From positions 1 to 48,370 of the forward strand of contig JBBCAV010000317.1 of the NCBI GenBank assembly GCA_051382305.1: DNA of 48,370 bases, given 5' to 3'. The stretch comes from Bdellovibrionota bacterium FG-2. GTDB taxonomy: Bacteria > Bdellovibrionota > UBA1018. A program made the translations under genes and the position numbers. Under the pieces are notes generated by a model. It was given only the letters and a program-made list of their open reading frames with translations. It was not told where the DNA came from and made no database searches. This document shows, piece after piece, positions 30,013-39,519 of this stretch; position 1 is the stretch's first letter, and every line of letters starts with the position of its first letter.

Positions 30013-31210
30013 GAGGCCGTCCTTTTGGCGTGAGTTTCAAAACGTGCTCCCTAAAATCCGTGAGTACGTTCATATAGTTGATAAAACCTTCATAAGGGCT
30101 ATTGTAGGGATTAAAATACGCGTGCACATCTCCATCCGAAAAAAACTTGGTGCACATATAATAAAAGTGATCAGACGTTTGCAGTTTCCGCCACAAATCT
30201 AAGGTGGCTGGGTTGTTTCGTCGGCGTACCTCGTGTCCGAGCTCAAAAATTAGTTCGAGAGCGCGTTTTTGCATGTGGTTGCCATTCCAAGCCGTTAGAT
30301 CTCGTTCTGCGTCCGCCCACGAGACAATGCGAGGGAAAGGAAGTTCGCCCTTCGGATGATAGCGCTGTATGACTTCGCTGGGGGTCGCAAAATCCCAATC
30401 CTGATGTTTCATCACCTCGCCGGGTAGTGCTCTTAAGAAATTGAAGATCCCAGTCGATTCCCATTGGTGCTCACCGAAGGTTTCGTAGTCCATAAAGAGG
30501 TTGAGGACGTCACCGTTTCCGCTGATGCGATGAACCCAGCTCGCGAATTTTGGTGCGGTTAAGGGGTATTCGTTCCAGGCCGAGTTAGAAAATCGAAAGG
30601 CGATATCATCCGAAAGGCGATAGCTTTTTAGAAGAAGTTTGATGTTTCCACCGGGACGTTTGTAAACAAAGTGAGGACTTCTCCATGTGAGAATGTCATC
30701 CGCTCCCTCTGCTAGAATAGCTTCAAAGCCCATTGATTCTACCATTAAAGCGATTTCGTCGCTGCACACGAGTTCCGTGTTCCGGAAAACGCGCGGAGTT
30801 CGTCCAAAATAGGTCTGCATCAGTTCCGTATGAATTTTTACTTGTTGCCTAAATTCCTGGGGATCATAGAGGGAAGAGAGGCTGTGATAATAGGTTTCAG
30901 CCAAGAATTCCACGCATCCGGTTTTCGAGAGGGCAATGAAGCTGTCTAGCGTTTCAGGAGAGTAGCGCTGCATTTGCTCCAGTGCGACGCCGGTAATAGA
31001 ATAGGAAATTCTAAATTTTCCGTTGTGCTGATCAATCATGTCAAGCAAGAGATGATTGGTCGGAAGGTAGCATTTGGCCGCGACCTTTTGGAGAACTTCT
31101 TTATTTTTTTTAGTGTCGAAATATTTGTGGTCTTTACCCACCTTGAAAAAAGAGTAAGGTTTCACACGAAAAGGCTGGTGAACTTGAAAATAGAAACAAA
31201 CTGAAGACAT
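29987..31210 (-). CDS. GH57 alpha-amylase-like protein
   Basis: FQVHQP, ETYYHSL, FRNTEL, SDDIAFRFS, MDYETFGEHQ, QTSDHFYYM. Confidence 0.93.
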   Translation of the reverse strand: MSSVCFYFQVHQPFRVKPYSFFKVGKDHKYFDTKKNKEVLQKVAAKCYLPTNHLLLDMIDQHNGKFRISYSITGVALEQMQRYSPETLDSFIALSKTGCVEFLAETYYHSLSSLYDPQEFRQQVKIHTELMQTYFGRTPRVFRNTELVCSDEIALMVESMGFEAILAEGADDILTWRSPHFVYKRPGGNIKLLLKSYRLSDDIAFRFSNSAWNEYPLTAPKFASWVHRISGNGDVLNLFMDYETFGEHQWESTGIFNFLRALPGEVMKHQDWDFATPSEVIQRYHPKGELPFPRIVSWADAERDLTAWNGNHMQKRALELIFELGHEVRRRNNPATLDLWRKLQTSDHFYYMCTKFFSDGDVHAYFNPYNSPYEGFINYMNVLTDFREHVLKLTPKGRPHENSSQPV

Positions 31211-31228
31211 TCATCCCCCTGTGACCCG

Positions 31229-32668
31229 CTACGCCTCTCGCCCTAAAGCACTAAGATACACCGAAAAAGTTTTTTTCGCAGCAGCATCCCAACGCAGTCG
31301 GCTTATTTCTTCTTTGGCTCGTTCCAATACATCTTCTCTTATTTCAGGATATTTCAATACGCCTAAAATAAAGTGAGACAGAGTATCTGTATCCCAAAAG
31401 TTCACTTTTAGAGCGCTCTGCAATACCTCAGCGACACCCGATTGACGGGAGATGATGACAGGTACGTCATGGCTCATTGCTTCAAGGGGGGTAATTCCAA
31501 AAGGCTCAGAAACGGAGGGCATGACATAGAGGTCGGCTAGCGAAAACATTCGCTCGACTTCGGGGCCCTTGAGAAACCCTGTAAAGACGAAGTTTCGATT
31601 AAGATTGAGCTCTGAAACGCGTTCCATGAGCTGCGGGAGCATGTCGCCTGTACCCGCCATCACAAATGTCACATTAGGCATTAGCGAAACGACTTTCGCA
31701 GCAGCTTCGACAAAATAGTCAGGTCCTTTTTGGAAGGTCACACGACCTAAGAAGAGAACGACTTTTGTGTCTGCTTGCTTTTCTTTTCGGTAGAGGCTGA
31801 TTGTGTCTGAGGAATATACCCCGTTGTGAACTACAGAAATTTTGCTTAATGGGACCTTGTGTTGTTCATGGATTACAGAGCGCGTATAGTAACTTACGGC
31901 AATAACTGCGTCGGCTGCATGGACTCCGGCCGCTTCAATTTCATGAATGCGGTGGTTGACACTTTTTCCACTGCGATCAAATTCCAGACTATGAACATGA
32001 ACGACCAGCGGTACCCCGCGCATTTTTGCAATGGCAACTCCGGCCGGATAGGTCATCCAATCATGGGCATGGACTATGTCAAATTCTCGATCTTGTGCAA
32101 GAGTGACGGCGCGGTAGGTGTATCGATTGACTTCGGACAACAGATCCGTGCCATATTGTTCCGGATTTTCAATGGCAAAGGGAAACTCGCGCAAAATTTG
32201 AGAAACTTTTCCCGGAAGCATAGAATGGACAAGTTCCACGCCCGTAGATGTGGTGGAAAATTCCTTTCTGCTAATCTTTCGAGAGTGTCGCAGGCGTGCT
32301 TCGAGTTCGGGGCGTGCGTAGGGGTTTAGCCAGCTTGGGATCTCGATAAACTCAACCTGCTCACTCCGTTCTTCTGAAGTCACCTCCGATCGGTGTTCCT
32401 CTGTAATAGTTTTGGAGGACTCCACGCTCTCTGTAGGAGTAACCTGGTGGGTGATCTCCCTCAATATGTGATGGGTGAATCCCTGTTTTGTTCTTTGAGC
32501 ATTAAGCAAATTCATGTGGGGCGCTTTTTCGGACCCGAACACTTTGGGTAGAACAAAATCGATCTTGACCCCGTTTTTTGCCAGAGCAGTAGTCAATCCC
32601 TCGCAAGCCGTTCCAAGCCCTCCGTTTATGTGAGGGGGATACTCCCATCCCAGCATGAGTACTTTCAT
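31229..32668 (-). CDS. GT4 glycosyltransferase (glycogen-related)
   Basis: LGWEYPP…GGLG, HAHDWMT, GRVTFQKGP, PSVSEPFGI. Confidence 0.92.
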   Translation of the reverse strand: MKVLMLGWEYPPHINGGLGTACEGLTTALAKNGVKIDFVLPKVFGSEKAPHMNLLNAQRTKQGFTHHILREITHQVTPTESVESSKTITEEHRSEVTSEERSEQVEFIEIPSWLNPYARPELEARLRHSRKISRKEFSTTSTGVELVHSMLPGKVSQILREFPFAIENPEQYGTDLLSEVNRYTYRAVTLAQDREFDIVHAHDWMTYPAGVAIAKMRGVPLVVHVHSLEFDRSGKSVNHRIHEIEAAGVHAADAVIAVSYYTRSVIHEQHKVPLSKISVVHNGVYSSDTISLYRKEKQADTKVVLFLGRVTFQKGPDYFVEAAAKVVSLMPNVTFVMAGTGDMLPQLMERVSELNLNRNFVFTGFLKGPEVERMFSLADLYVMPSVSEPFGITPLEAMSHDVPVIISRQSGVAEVLQSALKVNFWDTDTLSHFILGVLKYPEIREDVLERAKEEISRLRWDAAAKKTFSVYLSALGREA

Positions 32669-32674
32669 CTAGTC

Positions 32675-34603
32675 CTAATCTTTCTTCATCATCTTATAAG
32701 CGCGCAAAACTTCAGCAACACTCCAAGCCTGCGCAGGGGTTCCGTTTGGAGTGTGGGGTGTGTCGCCATCAAAAACTTCGGAAATCTGCCCGAGGCATCC
32801 TTCTTCTGCAAAGTGAAGACCAAGACGCTCCAAAACCGGAGTGAGATCTTTTCTCATTTTCTCTGGGCCCTGAATGTTGGTTACCGCATCAGCGTAGATT
32901 CCAATAAGCCATGGCCAGACGGTTCCTTGATGATAGGCATGATCGCGGTGCTCTGGGTCTCCGCTATAGTGCCCACGATAGCGAATATCGTGCGACGACA
33001 ATGTCCGTAATCCAACGGGAGTCAGAAGTTCGGAGCGAATCTTTTCCAACATCCGGCCGGCCTCTTTAGCGGGAACTGCCGAGTATTTCAATGCGATTGC
33101 CCAGAGCTGATTAGGGCGGAGGCTCAAGTCCGCGTCTTGCTCTTCGTCTGAACTATTCGTGTCCGCCAAGTAGCCGTGATCTTCGGACCAAAATCGTTTC
33201 ATAAATGCGTGTTTAGCCCCGTCCAGAATAGGGCTCCAGTTCTTGATGAAGGGCGCTGCTGTTGGATCGGTATGGTTATGTTGTGCCCAATCCATTGCAA
33301 AATGAACAGCATTGTAAAACAGAGCGTTGAGATCCACGGCGAAACCATGTCGCGGAGTGAGTGGTTTTCCATTCCATACAACGTCCATCCATGTTGCGGC
33401 GTAGGGCCCGGCCGTTACGAAGAACCCAGCGCCGGGCCTTACTTCGATGCGAGGGTCCATGCCGTTTTTAAACGAGTTCAAAATGCTAATTACTGCCGGC
33501 ATCAACGAATGAATTTGCTTGATGTCCGTTGCTTCGCCTAATAGCTGAACAGCGCGAATAAAAAGGAGGGGCGCATCGATCATAAGATTTTGGGGAATCC
33601 CAGAAATCGTCGGAGCATTGGGAATAAGTTGCTTTTGGTAGCGTGCACCCAATTCACTTAATACACTTTTGGCATGCTTGAATCTTCCGGTGGCAAGGCA
33701 GAGCCCCGGTAACGAGAGAAGGGTATCCCGATCCCAGTCTTCAAACCAAGGATACCCAGCTATCACGGAGTGATGCCCGCTCTTTTTGGTGATCAGAAAC
33801 TGTGAGGCGGCTCGTTTAAGCGCCGGCTCCGAAAAACTCGGACGAAGTTTCTTTTCTTTGGTGGGTAAGGAGGTGGAGAGTTCCTGGGCCCCGCAGTGAA
33901 GCGTGATTTCACAGTCTGTATCAATTTGAACTTGGAATGAACCAGGCCCAAAAAGATCGTCGGTGGCAGGATATCCGCGCTCGTTTTCGATCGAATAGAA
34001 AACGTTTTTGAGCCAACGCCCACCCATATTGAAAACAGAGGGTTTGCCCGAAACTTTGAAGTAAAGCCTCGGAAGGGGCGAATAAGGCTGCAATGATACT
34101 CCGTCATTTTCGTATTGGACGCAGCCATCTAAGAAGGGATTGTGTTTTGTCGTGCGATGCCAGGGTCGACAAGTAATGAGCGGTTCAAGCGTAAGTGTGG
34201 AGGGTTTTGTAATTCCAGAAAACGCATAAGTGATACGGGTAATGTCTTGATTCGGATCAAGTTCGAGCGTCCGCTCGATCTGCACTTCGCCTACACGATA
34301 GCGCCACACGGGTCGTGGCACATAGGAGAACTTTTCAAGATGCGTGAAACCATGCGGATGAATTTGTGCTTCAAAATTGAAGGAGTGCAAGAAGAAAGTT
34401 TCGCGAACTCCCTGAGCGTCTGGCTGTGTCTGAAACGTCTCCGCAACTTCTGAAATCGCGTGAAGAGGTTCGCCAAAGCCGGGCTCACGAATTGTCAGTA
34501 AGCTGTGATATTTTCTTCGCGGAATGCGATCGACACAGCTCATGGCAAATGAACCGGTTTGATTTGTCTGAAGCCACTCCAACTGTCCTTGTTTCTGCGG
34601 CAT
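32675..34603 (-). CDS. Glycogen debranching enzyme (amylo-alpha-1,6-glucosidase family)
   Basis: EWLQTN..G.FA, RRKYH, IAGYPWF.DW.RDT, TWMD, LRPNQ, YHQGTVWPW, SEVFDG, QAWSVAE. Confidence 0.9.
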   Translation of the reverse strand: MPQKQGQLEWLQTNQTGSFAMSCVDRIPRRKYHSLLTIREPGFGEPLHAISEVAETFQTQPDAQGVRETFFLHSFNFEAQIHPHGFTHLEKFSYVPRPVWRYRVGEVQIERTLELDPNQDITRITYAFSGITKPSTLTLEPLITCRPWHRTTKHNPFLDGCVQYENDGVSLQPYSPLPRLYFKVSGKPSVFNMGGRWLKNVFYSIENERGYPATDDLFGPGSFQVQIDTDCEITLHCGAQELSTSLPTKEKKLRPSFSEPALKRAASQFLITKKSGHHSVIAGYPWFEDWDRDTLLSLPGLCLATGRFKHAKSVLSELGARYQKQLIPNAPTISGIPQNLMIDAPLLFIRAVQLLGEATDIKQIHSLMPAVISILNSFKNGMDPRIEVRPGAGFFVTAGPYAATWMDVVWNGKPLTPRHGFAVDLNALFYNAVHFAMDWAQHNHTDPTAAPFIKNWSPILDGAKHAFMKRFWSEDHGYLADTNSSDEEQDADLSLRPNQLWAIALKYSAVPAKEAGRMLEKIRSELLTPVGLRTLSSHDIRYRGHYSGDPEHRDHAYHQGTVWPWLIGIYADAVTNIQGPEKMRKDLTPVLERLGLHFAEEGCLGQISEVFDGDTPHTPNGTPAQAWSVAEVLRAYKMMKKD

Positions 34604-34656
34604 ATGCGAAATTTATAGCAGGGAATGCTCGCCCCTGATACGAGAAAACGAGCGGC

Positions 34657-35643
34657 TTATGCGAGTAAGTGCATAAGCCAAAAACAAAGCGCCGCGACAA
34701 AAGCGGAAGCTGGAATTGTCAAAACCCACGCCCAAACAATGCGTTCTGCAATGCCCCAGCGTACCGCCGAGAATTTTGTGACGGCCCCGACACCCATAAT
34801 GGACCCCGTGATCGTGTGTGTGGTGGAAACCGGAATTCCAAGAGAGGTCGCAAGAAACAAAGTGATGGCTCCCGCGGTCTCCGCGCAACATCCTCCAATG
34901 GGTTTAAGTTTCGTAATTTTCATTCCCATTGTCTTAACGATGCGCCATCCCCCCAAAAGAGTCCCAAAACCCATAGCAAATTGACATGCAAGTACTACCC
35001 ATAGGGGTACGTGAAACTCAGGCCCAAGCATGCCTGACGAAAAGAGTAAAACCGCGATGATTCCCATCGTTTTTTGGGCGTCGTTTCCTCCATGCCCTAG
35101 GCTGTATAATGATGCCGAGACGAGCTGGAGCCGTCGTCCCCAGACGTCTATCTTTTTGGGTGACGCTTTAAAGAAAATGTTTGAGACAAGAGCCATGGCA
35201 ATGAAAGCTAAAATAAATCCAATGAGAGGCGACAAAACGATGGAGGCTCCAATCTTTAGAAACCCCGCAGAATTTAACGCATGCACTCCGGCTTTACTTA
35301 CTGCGGCGCCCCCAAGACCTCCAATCAGTGCGTGGGAGGAGCTTGAGGGGATCCCAAAGTACCAAGTAAAGATGTTCCAGAAAATCGCGCCCATCAAAGC
35401 TGAGAAGATCACAAATGGATCAATGATCGCAGGATCAATGACTCCCTTGCCAATCGTGTTTGCGACATGAAGTCCGAAAAACATAAACGCGATGAAATTG
35501 AAAAATGAAGCCCAGACCACAGCCCACTGCGGACGCAGTACGCGAGTGGAAACGATCGTAGCAATCGAATTTGCGGCGTCATGAAAGCCGTTAAGAAAAT
35601 CGAAGGCCAGAGCTAAGAGAATCGTGATGATGATTAGGGTCAT
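34657..35643 (-). CDS. pit: PiT-family inorganic phosphate transporter
   Basis: NGFHDAANSIAT, PSSSSHALIGG, HGGNDAQK, PVSTTH. Confidence 0.95.
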   Translation of the reverse strand: MTLIIITILLALAFDFLNGFHDAANSIATIVSTRVLRPQWAVVWASFFNFIAFMFFGLHVANTIGKGVIDPAIIDPFVIFSALMGAIFWNIFTWYFGIPSSSSHALIGGLGGAAVSKAGVHALNSAGFLKIGASIVLSPLIGFILAFIAMALVSNIFFKASPKKIDVWGRRLQLVSASLYSLGHGGNDAQKTMGIIAVLLFSSGMLGPEFHVPLWVVLACQFAMGFGTLLGGWRIVKTMGMKITKLKPIGGCCAETAGAITLFLATSLGIPVSTTHTITGSIMGVGAVTKFSAVRWGIAERIVWAWVLTIPASAFVAALCFWLMHLLA

Positions 35644-35660
35644 ATTATCCTATGCGTATC

Positions 35661-36287
35661 CTATGAGTACTCGAGAACAATTCCTTCAACGATGTTGGCC
35701 ACGTCCTCGCAGCGATCGGTGACTGTTTCAAGAATTTCGTAGATTTCTTTGTACTTAATGAGCTGGCGCGTATCGGTTTCTTCCTTAAAAAGTCTCGCCA
35801 TTGCCATGCGAAGAACTTGGTCAGCCTCATTTTCAAGACGATTGATTTCGACGCAATGACGAATAATGTCAGAGCGATTTTTCAAGTTTTCGAGCTCGTT
35901 GATCGCTTGTTGAATGTTTTCAGCGGAATGAACACAGATCGTGGCGAGATCAATAGCCATTGGGGGGGCTTCGGTTATGCCATAGAGAAGAATGCGTTCG
36001 GAAGCGGCCTCAATAAAGTCCAAGATGTCATCCATTCGGCTGATAAGTTGATGAATGTCTTCGCGGTCCAGTGGCGTGATGAAAGTTTTGTGCAAGAGCT
36101 CGACAGTCGTATGTGTCACGTCATCGGCCTGGTGCTCAATGGCCTTGATTTTTCGTGTACGACTTTCGGCGTTAGGAAGGTCGTCCAAGAGTTCACGAAA
36201 CTCCTTGGCGCCTTCTACAATCAATTTCGCAGATTGTCGAAAAAGGTCGAAAAACTTTCCTTCTCGAGGAATGAGACGTCCGAACAT
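35661..36287 (-). CDS. DUF47 (PhoU-like) Pit accessory protein
   Basis: EHQAD…TFITPLDREDI, LENEAD, TDRCEDVAN. Upstream of pit; AGGAGG RBS. Confidence 0.93.
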   Translation of the reverse strand: MFGRLIPREGKFFDLFRQSAKLIVEGAKEFRELLDDLPNAESRTRKIKAIEHQADDVTHTTVELLHKTFITPLDREDIHQLISRMDDILDFIEAASERILLYGITEAPPMAIDLATICVHSAENIQQAINELENLKNRSDIIRHCVEINRLENEADQVLRMAMARLFKEETDTRQLIKYKEIYEILETVTDRCEDVANIVEGIVLEYS

Positions 36288-36313
36288 AAGTGATGCCTCC
36301 TGTGGCTGGGCTG

Positions 36314-36342
36314 AATGTAGACGCGAAAGCAGACAGGGTCAA
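36314..36342 (-). promoter_or_regulatory. Putative sigma70 promoter for DUF47-pit
   Basis: TTGACC-N17-TACATT upstream of the RBS. Confidence 0.5.
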
Positions 36343-36407
36343 GGAAATGCATTCTTGGCAATCGCACTATTTGGGTGTTAGTCTGCGCAAATCAAGGAGC
36401 ACCCGCG

Positions 36408-37439
36408 ATGAAAGCGCTCGTAAAAAAATCCCGTGAAAAAGGCCTTTGGCTTGAAGAAGTGGCAATGCCCGAAGTCCACGAAAATGACGTTCTAATAAAG
36501 ATTGGGCAAACCGCGATTTGTGGAACAGATGTCCACATTTATCAATGGGATGCCTGGGCGCAAAAAACGATTCCGGTCCCTATGCATGTCGGTCATGAGT
36601 TTGTGGGTGTTGTTTCTGCAATGGGCAAGGCCGTGACGGGTCTTAAAATCGGGCAACGGGTTTCAGGTGAGGGACATCTGGTTTGTGGCTTTTGTCGAAA
36701 CTGTCGTGCTGGGAAACGCCATTTGTGCATTCACACCAAAGGCGTCGGCGTAAATCGCCCGGGGTGTTTTGCTGAATATCTTTCGATTCCCGCCGTGAAT
36801 GTGTTTCCACTTCCGGATGCGATTTCGGATGACGAGGCTTCGGTCTTGGATCCACTCGGAAACGCGGTGCACACGGCGCTTTCTTTTGATTTGGTCGGAG
36901 AGGATGTGTTGATTACAGGGGCTGGCCCGATCGGGATTATGGCGGGCGCGGTTGCGCGGCACGCGGGCGCGCGCAATGTCGTGATTACAGATGTGAATGA
37001 ATACCGTCTGAATTTGGCTAAAAAAATGGGTGTAGAGCATGCAATCAATGTGGCCCAGCACTCTTTAGATGAAGTAATGAAATCTTTGGGTATGGTCGAA
37101 GGTTTTGATGTGGGTCTTGAGATGTCGGGAAACCCCGCCGCGCTCAACGATATGTTACGTACGGTGAAGGCGGGTGCTAAGATTGCCCTTTTGGGGATTT
37201 TGCCTCCGACGACAACGGTTTCTTGGGATCAAATCATTTTCAAGGGGCTTTTCATTAAAGGCATTTATGGGCGCGAGATGTTTGAGACCTGGTACAAAAT
37301 GGCTGCGATGCTTCAAAGTGGTTTAGATATAAAACCGATTTTGACCCACAAATTTCCTGTTTCGCGCTTTGTCGAAGGGTTTGAAACCATGATCAGTGGG
37401 AGTTCAGGGAAAATTATTTTGGATTGGAAAAATATTTAG
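36408..37439 (+). CDS. tdh: L-threonine 3-dehydrogenase
   Basis: [54 protein letters not shown]. Confidence 0.97.
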   Translation: MKALVKKSREKGLWLEEVAMPEVHENDVLIKIGQTAICGTDVHIYQWDAWAQKTIPVPMHVGHEFVGVVSAMGKAVTGLKIGQRVSGEGHLVCGFCRNCRAGKRHLCIHTKGVGVNRPGCFAEYLSIPAVNVFPLPDAISDDEASVLDPLGNAVHTALSFDLVGEDVLITGAGPIGIMAGAVARHAGARNVVITDVNEYRLNLAKKMGVEHAINVAQHSLDEVMKSLGMVEGFDVGLEMSGNPAALNDMLRTVKAGAKIALLGILPPTTTVSWDQIIFKGLFIKGIYGREMFETWYKMAAMLQSGLDIKPILTHKFPVSRFVEGFETMISGSSGKIILDWKNI

Positions 37440-37447
37440 GAGTTCAT

Positions 37448-38653
37448 ATGGCATACACCACATCAAAAGTTTTTTTTTCAGAGACGATTGCTAAAATTAA
37501 AGAAGAGGGTCTTTATAAAGATGAGCGGATTATTTGTTCTCCACAATCTGGAAGTATTCGCGTACGTTTTCCGGCGAACGCTCCCGAAAAAGAAATTATC
37601 AATCTTTGCGCCAATAATTACCTAGGACTCTCAAGTCACCCTGAAGTGATGAAAGCCGCGCATGAAGGTTTGGATAAGCGTGGTTACGGTATGTCTTCTG
37701 TCCGTTTTATTTGTGGGACGCAGGATATCCATCGGCAGCTCGAAGAAAAAATGAGCAAGTTTCTCGGGATGGAGGACTCCTGTCTTTTTTCCTCGTGCTT
37801 CGATGCTAACGGGGCTCTGTTTGAGGCTCTTTTGGGCGCAGAGGACGGAATTTTCTCAGACCGACTAGACCATGCCTCTATTATTGATGGGGTCAGGCTT
37901 TGTAAAGCGCAGCGTTTTGTTTTTGAACATTCCGACATGAAGGACTTAGAGGAGAAACTCAAGTCGTCCAATTGTCGCACCCGCCTTATTATCACGGATG
38001 GTGTGTTTTCGATGGATGGCGACATGGCGAAGCTCGATGAGATTTGTACGCTAGCCGACAAGTACGATGCACTTGTCGCGGTCGATGACTCGCATGCGAC
38101 CGGTTTTATAGGCAAAACGGGCCGAGGTGTTCATGAACATTATAATGTGATGAACAGGGTCGACGTCATTACGACTACTTTTGGTAAGGCGTTAGGCGGA
38201 GCGACCGGAGGATGTATCTCGGGCCGTAGGGAAATCATCGAACTTATGAAGCAGCGGGCGCGTCCCTATTTGTTCAGTAATGCGCTGATGCCTGCAGTCG
38301 TTTACGCGAGTCTTCGTGTATTGGATATTTTGAGTGAGTCCACCGAGCGCAGGGATCGATTGGAGCAGTTATCTCAGACTTGGCGAAAAGGACTCACAGA
38401 GGCAGGATTTGATCTAAAGCCGGGAAACACGCCAATTATTCCTGTCATGCTTTATGATGCAAAACTGGCGCAATCCTTTAGTCGGGATCTTTACGAAGAA
38501 GGCGTTTTTGCCGTGGGTTTCTTTTATCCTGTGGTTGCCAAGGGCCAAGCAAGGATTCGCACTCAGATTTCGGCAGCTTTGAATCAAGAGCAGTTAGATC
38601 GCGCCCTAGCGGCGTTTATTAAAGTGGGGAAAAAGCACGGGGTGGTGAAGTAG
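37448..38653 (+). CDS. kbl: 2-amino-3-ketobutyrate CoA ligase (glycine C-acetyltransferase)
   Basis: CANNYLGLS, SVRFICGTQ, TDGVFSMDGD, DDSHATG, GKALGGA. Adjacent to tdh. Confidence 0.96.
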   Translation: MAYTTSKVFFSETIAKIKEEGLYKDERIICSPQSGSIRVRFPANAPEKEIINLCANNYLGLSSHPEVMKAAHEGLDKRGYGMSSVRFICGTQDIHRQLEEKMSKFLGMEDSCLFSSCFDANGALFEALLGAEDGIFSDRLDHASIIDGVRLCKAQRFVFEHSDMKDLEEKLKSSNCRTRLIITDGVFSMDGDMAKLDEICTLADKYDALVAVDDSHATGFIGKTGRGVHEHYNVMNRVDVITTTFGKALGGATGGCISGRREIIELMKQRARPYLFSNALMPAVVYASLRVLDILSESTERRDRLEQLSQTWRKGLTEAGFDLKPGNTPIIPVMLYDAKLAQSFSRDLYEEGVFAVGFFYPVVAKGQARIRTQISAALNQEQLDRALAAFIKVGKKHGVVK

Positions 38654-38672
38654 TTTTGCATGCGTCGCAATG

Positions 38673-39131
38673 CTATTGCTGGATTCGGCCGAATTCCACA
38701 ACAGTAATGTGGCGTGAGCCGCACCGCAAGATATAACCCTTCTCCCCTTCGATAACGTGTTTGAGGATTTCGTGATAAGGGCCCCTCAGAAACTTAGCTT
38801 CCTCTAAGCCCCCTTTTACACGACAAACCAGTCGTTCGTTGCTGTAGATAAGAGTGGTTGGATCTAGTTCTTCTTGGGTTTCATCACTGAGGGTCAGCTT
38901 GAAGCCAGTATCTGGAGTTCCTTCAAGCGAAACTACAAAGTAGATCGTGTCCTCGACATCAATCCAGGCCTGTTCGCGGCCAATTTGAACAAAAATGCCT
39001 TCGGGAGTGCGATAGAGGTTCTTGTTCAGCACCTCAAGGGTGCGCGCGTGGGTGATTTCTCCCCCATCTATAAACCAAAGCCCCTCTTTGGAGAGAAGCA
39101 GTTTGTTACCTTGCGCTTGCACCTTGCTCAT
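38673..39131 (-). CDS. Hypothetical protein (DUF1285-like)
   Basis: EG.WF..G.EITH, I.VEDT.YFV, L.D.T.E.LDP.TL, C.VK.G…A.F.R..Y pattern. Confidence 0.65.
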   Translation of the reverse strand: MSKVQAQGNKLLLSKEGLWFIDGGEITHARTLEVLNKNLYRTPEGIFVQIGREQAWIDVEDTIYFVVSLEGTPDTGFKLTLSDETQEELDPTTLIYSNERLVCRVKGGLEEAKFLRGPYHEILKHVIEGEKGYILRCGSRHITVVEFGRIQQ

Positions 39132-39430
39132 AAAGACGCTGTACCACAGCTTTGAGGCAACCGGGAGCCTGTCCTTTTGGGTCAACAACAATCACAGCGA
39201 ATTCCAGCCCATTTTGGCTCAAATTTACTTTTCCATCGCCTGATTTGGGCAGCCTCCTTCGCCAGGAGGTTCGGCTTACGAACACATCCTTGGGGCCTAC
39301 ATCTGAGATCATGCGCAAATCAACGATTCGATCTTCAACTTCGGAAAGCGGGGTATAGTCTTGAACGATATACGATGCAGGATCCTTTTTGATTCTTTCC
39401 ATGAGCGCGGGGAGGTCTGAGGCTTGGAGT
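39106..39430 (-). pseudogene. C-terminal remnant of a circularly permuted ATP-grasp protein
   Basis: RIKKDPASYIVQDYTPLS…IVDLR…KVNLSQNG matches the C-terminal pattern of CP-ATP-grasp proteins. No N-terminal part is present. Confidence 0.55.
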
Positions 39431-39519
39431 AAATCAGTTGCTCGACAGGCTGTGCATCGTGTCTAAGGCTTTCAAATCCCCAGTTCCTTATAGACATTTT
39501 TGATGCTAGTCATTCATTT

